A DNA stretch of 64,000 nucleotides from NCBI RefSeq assembly GCF_006345805.1, contig NC_043015.1:25544001-25608000 (forward strand), in the 5' to 3' direction. The translations under genes were made by a program, and so were the position numbers. Origin of the DNA: Octopus sinensis. Lineage: Eukaryota. This document shows positions 39,150 through 51,050 of the stretch, piece by piece. The notes below the pieces were generated by a model, which was given only the letters and a program-made list of their open reading frames with translations, did not search any database and was not told where the DNA came from. Position 1 is the first letter of the stretch. The number at the start of each line of letters is the position of its first letter.

Positions 39150-41340
39150 GATTGATTGATTGATTGATTCTAGTTTCAGCTTATGAGCTGTGGCCATGCT
39201 GGGGCACCGCCATTGGTGTTGCTACTTGGTTTCACTTCATGGAGGCTTTCTAGCAACTGCTATTTGGTGCATGAGAGAGTTCGATGCAGCTGCCCTCATC
39301 TGCCCCTCCTGCCGTGAAGTTGGTTCATCTGGGACACCTGACAAGAAGAGATCCAGCTTCATTTTAAAGACATCTGTATCCACCCCATGCAGGTCTCTCA
39401 GGTTTTTCGGGAGGATATTGAAGAGCTGTGGGCCTCGGAAGCCCAGGCTATCACAGAATCTTGTCCTACATCTTGATGGCAGGTTTGGAGTCCTAGGCAC
39501 CACGCAGTGGCGCCAAGTTCTGGCATTTGCGTAACTCTCGATGCCAAAGTTCAGGACACTTCCCTCCAGGATCTTCCAGATGTATATTATGGCATATCTT
39601 TCCCGCCTACGCTCCAGGGAATATAATTTTAATCTCTTGAGTCTTTCCCAGTAGCTTACATTCTGCATAGAGGCTATCTTCTTCGTGTAGCTTCGTTGGA
39701 TCGCCTCAAGTTCTGTCATCAACTTGACACTGGATGGTGACCATAGCTGAGAGCAATAGCCAAAGTGGCTTAGGACAAGTGTCTTCCAGAGGACCATCAT
39801 GGTTTCTTGTTCTCTTGTTCTAAAGGTTCTAAGAATCCATCCAACTGACATTTCATTGTCAGTTTAGCAACATGTACATGAAAGGTCGCGTCGTCACTCA
39901 TGTGAATACCCAGGTCACGCACTGATTGTGCCTCTGGGATTGCAATCCCTCCGGGTCCAGTGTATTCATTGGGTATTGCATTCAGTTTTGCATGCTGATA
40001 GTATAAAGCTTGAAACTTTCCAGCATTGAACTGCATGCTATTCTTTTCAGCCCACTTGTATATTTCGTCCAGCTCACATTGCAGGTGTTTAGTGTCCTCA
40101 GGGTTCTGTATTGCCTGTGAAACTTTTGTATCATCTGCATAACTTGTGATCGTGGCTCTCTGCGTGGCTGAGAGGGCCATTATGAACAGTAGTGGTCCCA
40201 GAACAGTGCCCTGCGGAACACCGCTCACTATTTGTGTGTTAATGGAGGTGGCCCCATTGGCTACTACCACCTGACTTCTATCCTTCAGAAAGTCATGAAG
40301 CCATTCTCCCAGTTTTCCAACTATGTTGAGATTACGCAGTTTGTGACATATCATTCCATGATCGACTTTATCAAAGGCCTTTGCAAAGTCGAGATATATC
40401 ACTTCCACATTTGAGTGGTTGAGCAGCCGTTTCAGCACCCAGTCATAGTGTTGTAGGAGCTGAGTTAAACAGCTTCTCCCTGGTCGGAAACCATGTTGGG
40501 TGTCGGGCAGCAAGTCATTCTCTTCAAGGAAGGTGATCAGCTTCCTTCTGACTATTCGTTCCATGACCTTGCTGATGTGTGAGGTCAGAGAGATAGGTCT
40601 ATAGTTCTTGGCTTCCGCTCTGCTACCTCCTTATGAATGGGGCATATTTTACCTCCTTCAGTTTTCCTGGAAGTTTGCCAGCTGTAAGGAAGCTCCGAAA
40701 GAGGAACTGCAGTGGTCTTGCTAGGACTCTCTTACATGCTTTTAGGAGGATTGCCGGGAATCCATCGGGGCCAGTAGCTGAGTCTGTTTTCATTCATCTA
40801 TAGCCTTGGTTACATCGTCTTCCTTTATATCGATGTAATCTATCGTCGCCGCCTCTGATTTTATATCTGCAGTGGTAAAAAAGTCAGTTGGATTGGTGAT
40901 TTGGAGATGCCCAAGGGGTGGAGTGAAAACACTCTTGAATTGCTCATTCAGTATTTCACTTACCCTCATTGGTTTTCCTGTAAGTGTGCCATCCTTTTCG
41001 AGGAGTGGCCCTATTCTACAGTGCACTGTAGCTGTTTCTTTGGCATACCTGTAGAAAGCTCTGGGGTTAGATTTTGTTTTCTATAGCCCAGGCTTCTTTG
41101 TCTGCTCTTTCTTTTTCATGGGAGAGTTGCAGACATTTTTCGATTTCCAACAGTTTTATTTTTAAGCGGGACTTTTCACTGCTTTCAATCTGTTTGTTTA
41201 GGCGATTTGAAAATTTCGTACGCCGTCTCATTAAAATTTTCCTCTCTCTGGGGATTTTGTTCTTGTGTACAGTGGCCTTTCTCTCTGGGACACATTTGTA
41301 GCATATGGCTTGCATTACAGACATGAATTGTTGAAGTTTC
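39150..41340 (-). mobile_element. Family B LINE ORF2, tail-to-tail with the 36877-38605 copy
   Basis: Same RT motifs (YLDFAKAFDKVDH, YADDT); highly similar to the plus copy; (AATC)n tail. Confidence 0.95.
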
Positions 41341-41348
41341 ATATATAT

Positions 41349-42442
41349 TACTTGTCAAGCTTCAAGCATATAGTTTCCATCCGGATATTATACGATGGGT
41401 TGGTGCCTTCCTCTCAGATCGCTCCTTCCAAGTCCAAGTAAATGGTTCGCGGTCCGACGTCTCCAGTGCGAGCAGTGGCGTGCCTCAAGGTTCAGTGCTT
41501 GGGCCCTTGTTGTTCTTAGTCTTCATAAATGACTTGCCCGACGACCTCACGCAACACACCCTTCTATTTGCCGACGATATCAAACTGGTCGCTCCTCGCG
41601 GTAATATAGAGGATCTTCGTCGATGCCTCCACCAAATTGGAAGTGGTCTAACGATTGGACCTGTGTCTGAACGTGTCAAAGTGCTGTCATCTGCCTGTCG
41701 GCTCTACTCCTGCAACTCAACTTGATTTCGAGCCGGGTCGTCTGCTGCTGGAGAGGACCGATCAGGTAAAGGACCTGGGTATCTTGGTGGATTCCTCCTT
41801 TTCGCCTTCGGCCCAGTGCGTCCATGCTGCCAACAAAGCACGCGGAATTCTGTTCTTGATTCGACGGTCATTCGGAATGCTCACAGCAGCCATATTTCTA
41901 CCGCTCTATGTCACGCTGGTGAGACCCATATTGGAGTATGGGATTCAAGCCTCTTCTCCTTATCTCCTCAAAGACATACAGCATCTCGAAAGAGTCCAGA
42001 AGCTGGCTACCCGCATGGTTCATGGTCTCAAAAATTTGTCCTACGGAGAAAGGCTGAGGACGCTCGACCTTTATTCTCTTGAAAAACGCCGCCGCCGTGG
42101 TGATCTCATTCTCGCCCACAACATCATAAGCGGAAAGTGTAACCTCTCGAAAAAGCTGTTCTTCACTCCTGCTCCAGAGCGTCGGCTGCGGGGTCATTCC
42201 GAAAAGCTCTACCTGCGACGATTTCATCTCAATCGAAGAAGAGGAGCTTTTTCCGTCCGGGTTGCGGATCCGTGGAACAAGCTGCCAGACGAGATGGTGA
42301 AGATGCCGACGACCGCTTTGTTCAAAGCCTCCCTGGACCTCAAGTGGCCTGAACTCTTTACATGAACACCACCCTGTACTTAACTCCATGTCCCCCTACA
42401 TGGCCTTGCTATTTGCTTTTGAGCCAAATTAACTAACTAACT
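41349..42442 (+). mobile_element. Young 5'-truncated CR1-clade LINE (family C)
   Basis: GVPQGSVLGPLLFLVFINDLP, LFADDIKL, 236-aa open C-terminus ending WNKLP...; 3' stem-loop CCATGT-CCCCCT-ACATGG and (AACT)n tail. Confidence 0.93.
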
Positions 42443-43038
42443 ATATATATATATATACATACATATATATCTTCTTCTTCCTCTTCTTCTTCATCATCAT
42501 CGTATCATCATCATCGGCATCATCATCATCGCCACCATCATCACACCATCTTCTCCTTCTCCCCTTCTTCTTCTCTTCTCTTCATCATCATCGTTATCAT
42601 CATCATCGTCGTCATAATCATCACCACCATCACCATCATGTCGTCATCTTCTCCTTCTCCTTCTTCTTCTTCTTCTCTCTTCTTTGCTTCTTCTCTCCAC
42701 CCCCTACCCCTTAAGTTTGTCACTAATGTTTTTTAGTATAAAACTACGCTAATTCTATAAAGAAGCCTGTCAATATAAATATTCTCCTGAATTGAACTGA
42801 GACTGCCAGCCGCCACTGACCATCAAAAAATACGACCATCAGGCACTCCCAGATTCTCCCCCCCCCTTTCCTCACCAGCCTTCTCTCACTACCCTACAAG
42901 AGCTCACAACTACCTCGAACACACAAGCAAACAAGGGAGTCAGAGAAAGGCAGAATGCCACTTAAATCTGAACACTACTATAGAAATATTCTTTTAAAAA
43001 AACTTTTCTTCTAATTTTTCTAAATTTAATTATTTAAT

Positions 43039-43086
43039 CGTTACAGTTGAAAAGGTCTCAAAATGACCGAAACCGGTACTGAAATG
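43039..43086 (+). ncRNA. Minimal type I hammerhead ribozyme, U3-A8 variant
   Basis: CGTTACAG TTGAAAA GGTC-TCAAAAT-GACC GAAAC CG GTA CTGAAATG; palindromic ACCGGT stem III. Confidence 0.7.
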
Positions 43087-43134
43087 TTCACTATAAAATT
43101 ATTTTAGCATTTCTTTTTTTTTACTTGTTTTTTC

Positions 43135-43135
43135 A

Positions 43136-43169
<34 letters not shown>

Positions 43170-43171
43170 CA

Positions 43172-43202
<31 letters not shown>

Positions 43203-43331
43203 TATACATATATATATATATACATATATATACATATATATATATATATATACATATATATACATATATATATATATACATATATATACATATATATATA
43301 TACATATATATATATACATATATATATATAC

Positions 43332-43400
<69 letters not shown>

Positions 43401-43401
43401 C

Positions 43402-43448
<47 letters not shown>

Positions 43449-43449
43449 C

Positions 43450-43496
<47 letters not shown>

Positions 43497-43570
43497 CATA
43501 TATATATATACATATATATAATACCTATATATATATATACATATATATATATATACATATATATATATAC

Positions 43571-43601
<31 letters not shown>

Positions 43602-43877
43602 ACATATATATATATATACATATATATAATATATACATATATATATATATACATATATATATATACATAATATATATATATACATATATATATATATACA
43701 TATATATATATACATATATATATATATACATTATATATATATACATATATATATATACATATATATATATCTATATACATACATATATATATATATAATA
43801 TATATATATATATATACATACATATATATATATATATACATATACATATAATATATACATATACATAATATATATAC

Positions 43878-43926
<49 letters not shown>

Positions 43927-44047
43927 ATATATACATATATATATATACATACATATAATATATACATACATATATATATTACATATACATATATATATAA
44001 CAATACATATATATATATACTATATATATATATATACATATATATAC

Positions 44048-44078
<31 letters not shown>

Positions 44079-44105
44079 CAATATATAGATACATATATAT
44101 ATATA
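43135..44105. repeat. About 1-kb (TA)n microsatellite with periodic CA interruptions; similar tracts at 34090-34580, 38600-39145, 44582-45180 and 45340-45960
   Basis: Directly visible; source of the IY/YI/MY ORFs. Confidence 0.97.
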
Positions 44106-44107
44106 CA

Positions 44108-44581
44108 AAGAGCAATAAAGATTCAAGTTAATTTAAAAAATTTACTTGAATATGGTACCTAACTTAGATGCACCAAAAAAAACTATACTGATTTAACAAT
44201 ACAGTAATGTGGGGTGATTATAAGCGAGAAAGAAGCAACAAGAATGGATAGGTTTTTAGTAATCTCTCATCATATCTATGGAAATTCATATGGATTAGGT
44301 CACTTTCTCTGTGATGCTATCAAAACTTTTTTAAAATTCTGTGATAAGACTGTACATCATCTTTAAAGAACTTTAATGAACTTTAGAAATCTGTTTAATT
44401 ATCTACATTACTTCATGAGTATAGCCTCAAACACTAGGATGTCTAGAGAACTTACATGTATTTTAGCTGATGAGTACGGGACTCGTTTATATGCTGTAAT
44501 CTTTGCAACTTTTAATAAAACCTGTCCTTGTATGAAACGATCGTACTAAAAACCTATCCATTCTTGTTGCTTCTTTCTCGC
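44108..44581. mobile_element. Penelope-type terminal-repeat element with inverted 5' segment, same family as 23283-24105
   Basis: Perfect 38-bp inverted repeat (44224-44261 / 44544-44581). Shares cattcttgttgctt, gggtgattataa and ttagatgca motifs with the 23-kb element. Confidence 0.8.
44461..44551 (+). ncRNA. Type I hammerhead ribozyme with extended stem II
   Basis: TTTTAG CTGATGA GTACGGGAC...GTCCTTGTAT GAAAC GATC GTA CTAAAA; perfect 6-bp stem I, palindromic ACGATCGT. Confidence 0.88.
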
Positions 44582-44625
44582 GTATATATATATACATATA
44601 TATATATATACATATATATATATAC

Positions 44626-44656
<31 letters not shown>

Positions 44657-45140
44657 CATATATATATATACATATATATATATATACATATATATATAAC
44701 ATATATATATATATACATATATATATATACATATATATATATATACATATATATATATACATATACAATATACATATACATATATATATATACATATATA
44801 TATACATATATATATACATATACATATATATATATACATATATATATACATATACATATATATATACATATATATATATACATATATATATATACATATA
44901 TATATACATATACATATATATATATACATAATATACATATACATAATATATACATATACATATATATACGTATACATATATATATATACATATATATATA
45001 CATATATATATATACATATATATATATACATATATATACATATATATATACATATATATACATATATATATATACATATATATACATATATACATATATA
45101 TTTATATAATACATATATTATATACATATATATACATACG

Positions 45141-45180
<40 letters not shown>

Positions 45181-45334
45181 TTGATTCGAACCAGGGGCAG
45201 CTGATGAAGGGGAATATTCCTTATATTGTTTGTCTTGTACTCTGTTTCTTCGTTGTTAAAAAAAGTCTGTTTCCTTGTTTGTTTTTATGTTTTCGTTTCT
45301 CGTTGTGTTCTACGTTTATTTGTGGTGTCCTGTA

Positions 45335-45382
<48 letters not shown>

Positions 45383-45862
45383 TATGCCTGTATATATACA
45401 TAAGATGTAGGTATGTACAATATATATATGTATGCATATGTTTTATTTGTTAAATTGTTAGTATATATATATATATATACATACGTTTATATATATATAT
45501 GTATACATATATATATATAATACGCTTATATATATGTATTTATACATATATATATTCATACATATATATATACGCTTATATATATGTATTTATACATATA
45601 TATATATATTTTACATATATAATATTTATATATATACGCTTATATATATATATATATATATATATTTACATATACACATATATTTATGCATATATGTATA
45701 TAAATTTACATATACGCATATATTTATATAGATACACACTAATATATATGTATATACATATATATATACATATATATATATATATACTTATACAAATGTA
45801 TGCATACATACACATGCTTATACATGCATATATATATACTTCCACACACACTCCCCTCCCAT

Positions 45863-45899
<37 letters not shown>

Positions 45900-46508
45900 C
45901 AGGAAGTTCATATATATCGATGTATGTGTATATATACGCATATATATGCATGCTTAACATGTGTGTTATGTATGAATCTGTTTATATATGAATATTTATG
46001 TACGTGTTCAGATCTACGTATGTGTGTATGTGTTTGTGCAATTGTGTGTATGTGTGCGTATTCGTTTTTATATAGGCTGACGTTTGTTTTGTCTATGTTT
46101 GAAACGTACAGTTTACGTAACCAATTTACAAGCTAACAATCTTGAAAAATAATAAAGGTAAACGTAACGAAATGGGGGAGGCAATAACAGAACAAACAGC
46201 TTCATCAAGATGAACGGCAATAACAATAATAGCAATAATGGCAAATAGGAAAATGAGAAATAGGCTTAAATTGATTAACGAAAAACGAAATCAAAGAGAG
46301 AAAACAAAAAAGAGAACTCCAGAAATAGATCAACAAAAATAAAAATAAATAAAGAAATAAAGTAAACAGAAAGCAAAGAAAGACAAGAGAAAAAACGAAC
46401 CGGAAACGAAACGAAATTAAATCCATCCGTAAAGGAAAGAAAGACAAGTGATAAAAGAAAAATGTTATTTAATAAAGAAAATGCCTCGCTAGATTTTGTG
46501 TGTTAATA

Positions 46509-46540
<32 letters not shown>

Positions 46541-46699
46541 TCACATACGTAAATGTATACATACATACGTACATATAAATATTTGTATAAAGTATATATG
46601 TATGTATGTATGTGTGTGTTTGCATTCTTGTGCGTGTGTACCTATATTTACCGTGTATGTATACATACATGTATATATGTGTGTGTGTGTATATATCAT

Positions 46700-48161
46700 C
46701 AGTGGATCATATATCCGTAAAAGAAGCACACTAAGAGAACAGTATTTACAGGAATTTAATTATATGGCCGATCACAGAGTCACCAATGATTTCGCACCCA
46801 TAAAGATGCCTCGTGAGAGTCCAAGGGCTGCGGGCATGTAACCTCTCTTCGAACTTGATATAGAACACCGTTACGGTCAGTTAATTTGAAAACAAAAGAA
46901 TATCATTTATTATCCAAGTTTTAAACTCCCGTTTATATAGAGTCCCGGATGCTCTGCGAACCTCCATTTAATTTTGTTTAGTGTTCCTTCATCCTTAAGG
47001 CGTTATACGTGACTGACCAGGGACATGGAGTAACGTCTTTCTGGAAATCTGATAGAGGATTTGTGTTTGCATAGGCGTCACTTAAATGCAGTTCCAGCCT
47101 AACCTATGTATCTTCGAACATGAGTCCTCATTGTATCATCACCTTTGGAGTTTCTTCCGTTGGCCCCGGGCCTGATGTTAACGTTGTTGTTGCCGCTGCT
47201 GTTGTTGTTGGAGCTACTGTCGGTGCTATATTTACAGAGCGTGGGTCTGGTGATAACACTGTTACTGTTGCTGGTGTAGTAGTCCTCCACTGGTGGTGGT
47301 GTGGCTGCCATCGGTGCTGTTATTTATAGGCGTGGGACTAGTAGTGCCATTGATGCTACTAGCGCGGTCGTCTTCTCGGGCCGTAGAGCTGGTGTTGGTA
47401 CTGCGGTCGTAATTGTCGGTATCGGTGTCTCTGCTGCTGAATGAGTCTAAAAGATTTATGGTTGCGAAACCATTGGTCACTTTAAGACTGATTATACAGT
47501 TAACTTCCTCTGTGTGTGTGTGTGCATACTGCGCACTGCGGGCTCCTGATACCACCAACATGGTTCCAGCAGCCTAGCTAGCACCGAGGAAAACCTCAGG
47601 CCAGCCTAGCAAGCCAACTTGCTTAAAGAGGAAGAAGTGGTAGTTATAGAAGTCAGAAGAGTTGACAATAACAAAACCTTTGAGTCAAGCAAAATAAAAA
47701 TAAAACTTCGAAAGGTGAATAAAAATTTATGGAATATATTTTAGTGAGTTCTATCGTTTACCTCTAAAATCCGTAGGACAGATTTCTTTTGGTGAGCTCT
47801 TCTTTTATTCCTCAGTCAAATAATTTATTTTCGGTCTTTTTTGGACTGGACTGTTGTTACTTCCGTTTCACGTTAATCCGGTGCCCAACTTCACACTTCG
47901 CATTCTTTATGTCACTAACTGATACTGAGAGTTCCTACACCAAAGACACACAGCTCACATTGACCGACTCACGTCAACCTGCCTCACATTGACTGCCTGG
48001 AACCAACTCCCTCACATCGACTCCAGGCACAGACTGCCGTATCAGCTATTCGCATAAGCCATTCACTTCGAACCAACCGTTCGGCACCAACTGCCCACAA
48101 TACCTACCGTCCACATCAACCACTGATGCCAACTGTCCGGCATCGACTCACGTACAGACTG
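46700..48161 (-). pseudogene. Degenerate ORF1/gag-like element: 5' UTR, T/P/A-rich segment and a FAEHPGLYING-containing domain
   Basis: Starts with CAGTCTGTACGTGAGTC; multiple stops and frameshifts; weak resemblance to L1/Tx1-type ORF1. Confidence 0.4.
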
Positions 48162-49693
48162 GTTTTTATTATCGGCATAAAACCTTAAATATAGAGGGGA
48201 CACTACAAGGACAGACAACACAAACGTGGGGTGTATATAATGATAAGCAAATGATTTCTGAGATGTGAAAAAATAATGAAAATGGCTTTCTACCCACCAA
48301 AGTAGAAAGTTGCATTTTACTGTTTTTTTTACTGTTCAGTTTGTATCTCTTTTTTTTTTATTCAGAAAACTCGTCATATCTTAAAAAGTTATCACAGGTG
48401 GTAATTCGTCGAATCGAACCCGTAATACTGTATTCTATATCCTACTTCTGAATGTCTATTTCAGTCTGGCTGCTTTTTCATCATCTAATAATACTGCTTT
48501 CAGGTTTCGATTCACCGCTTTATCTGCAAGTTTCACTCTGATAACTCCCTTCATGCTTTTCTCGTATCTCACATTCTTTCTTGTTTTCCTTTACATGGCC
48601 TTCTTTCAACATTCTCCGTCATTATCGCAGATTCTGTTATTAGTTCTTCCAGTGCCTTCCGTCCTTCATCCACCTTACTTGTTGACGGCTCCGGCCTTCT
48701 TTCAACATTCGCTGTCATAATTGCTGTTGTTTCTAGCAGATCTACCAGTTCTTCCCGTCCTTCCTGCTACTTACTTGTTGATGGCTCCGTTCTATCGTTG
48801 CTTCTGCTTTTCTCTTTTCCTTTTTTTTCTGATTTCCTTTTCTTTTTTGGTGGGGACTCACTATTTCCTCTCTTGTCGTCCTCGTACAACTCTACTTCCT
48901 TCTCCGCTATTTCATTTACATTTTCCGAACTCTCTTCCTCCACCACCTGCTGTTCGTGTTTCTGGGGACACCTTGCCTTTGCGTGCCCCCTTACTCCACA
49001 TCCGAAGCATATTGGTGGTCTCCCCTCTACCATGATCCTCAGTCTGGTCTCGTCGGGCAATATTATCTCCTCTGTCATCTTGTGGAGGTCTGGTAGGCTT
49101 ATGAGTGCCATCACTTCGAAGCCAAACCCCTACCAATTGACCTCCGCTGTCTTGGATATTTTCAATATCGGTAATAGTGCCCACTGTGCTGTCTTCAAAG
49201 CTACGGTGGAATACTTTTTTGCTTCGTTCTCATTAACGAAGCGAACCTCCACCGTGCCAAATTTCCGTCCTCTGTTGTAGAATATAATTACGTTTTTTAC
49301 CTCTTTTAGGATGTACGTAATTATTTTCCTTTCTGCTGTCTCTTTTATTTCCTTGTGGGGTGTCAATCGAAAGCATCCTCCTTCGTTTCTTCAACAAGGT
49401 GTTGAACTTCTTATAATCTATATCCTTTAATTCTTGTATCTTCAGTAGCTCAGCTGTCAGACTTTTTACCGTCACTGCTCCATAACTGCCTGTTTGGACC
49501 TGCATAGTTGCGTTATTCCCCGCTTCCCCTATAAATGGGGAAGCCAAATAAACTTTCAACAAATTCAAAAACAGAAAATCAAACACAATATCCAACAATT
49601 CGACAATTTTGTATTTCAAAAACAACTCACATGGGAGCGAAATCGAAACACAACCAACTCATACGCCTCGCTGACGGACTCACGTACAGACTG
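48162..49693 (-). mobile_element. Gag/ORF1-only retroelement with CCHC zinc knuckle
   Basis: IMVEGRPPICFGCGVRGHAKARC (C-X2-C-X4-H-X4-C), upstream RRM-like GTVEVRF segment, EPSTSK/NVERRP repeats, AATAAA-rich 3' end; no RT. Confidence 0.7.
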
Positions 49694-50430
49694 ACTACCA
49701 CGAGTTCATCCACAGTAAAAGCGTGCACAACCGTCCAGCATAATTTAAACAATCACGTGACCAAAATGAATTACTTTTTTTCGTTGGGGTTAACTTTTAA
49801 TTTATTAACGTCTTCCATTGCAAAAACTAGAGACCAGTATTCTAATTCCCTTAGTACCATTCGAAATTATATTCAAACAATTTCTCGTTCGTAACGGTCG
49901 GTGTTCGCCCAAGCATAATCTTTCTTTCTTGGCTCAACTGCCGGCTGCCAAGCATCCCTTATATTCCTGTCTCATGACTCATCTCCTATGTTCCTTCTTC
50001 AAGGCTTTCACTCTACAGACACCAGTTCAATTTGGTTCGTCTTTATTATTCGAAAGACACTTATTGTTATATTCTTGTTGTTTGTATTTGTAATTGTGTA
50101 ACATTTTTTCCTTTTTTTGTCATTGTTGTCGTACACATTCGCTTGCTTTCTACCAAAAATATTTAATGCTCTTAGATTTTTGGAGCCAGCCAGATTTGAA
50201 CAGTCTCAAGTGTAACCAGCCGAAACTGTAAGGATAACCTGGAAGCTTGACTGAGGAGAGAAGGCTGCGAATGACCAGTCCTTATTTTTTCCTGTCTGTC
50301 CTTGTATCATCTATCTGTCCGGATGTTTTATTGTCGTCTGTTGCGTGCGTTCTTGTTCCATGTTTTGATTTGTGTGTGTGCGTGTGTGTGTGTGCGTGCG
50401 TGTGTGTGTGTGTGTATATATATGTATATA

Positions 50431-50485
<55 letters not shown>

Positions 50486-50499
50486 TATATATATATATG

Positions 50500-50585
<86 letters not shown>

Positions 50586-50589
50586 GTGT

Positions 50590-51050
50590 GTGTTCTACGA
50601 AACGTACAAAGCCCAATCTCTTCCTTCGACCTTTCCACCCTTATCGCACCCTTTTTCGCTCTTGTGTTACTGATCCTACTTGAGATTTCTCACTCTGCGG
50701 TCGGAATCTCATCTGCAGCCCCTCTCACCACTGCTACCCTGCTCGTCGAACACACCATTCTCTGCCCCTTTCCCTGCCTCACATAGGGCCCTTTTGTTTC
50801 TTCTCTCCATCACCCATTTATTTCTGTAAGCGCTCCACCAATCTAAGCGACTTCCTCGTCCATAGTTTCACCTAACCTGTATCCCTTCCCTGATTTCACT
50901 ACCACCAATTCCTTCACTAAAACCACATGTCATACTCACCTCAGAAGGAACTCATTCTGATGCACTTATAGTAACCTTATGTATGCTCTTCCTATTGCTA
51001 TACATCGGACAAAGCAGCTACCAACTGACCAAAAGGGACATCCAACTTGG
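50590..51050 (+). mobile_element. Penelope-like GIY-YIG endonuclease relic
   Basis: Frameshifted F*CTYSNLMYA...LLYIGQSSYQLTKR at about 50955-51037. Confidence 0.55.

Noticed and set aside
45185-45235. CTGATGAAGGGG-AATATT-CCTT hammerhead-like start
   Set aside because: No downstream GAAA or stem III; at most a partial relic.
33288-45991. Long ORFs rich in I/Y/M/C/V/H/T (for example 43133-43954 and 44487-45095)
   Set aside because: These are translations of (TA)n/(CA)n microsatellites, which lack stop codons in most frames; not proteins.
46075-46115. CTGACG...GAAACGTA motif
   Set aside because: A9 is missing and neither stem I nor stem II pairs.
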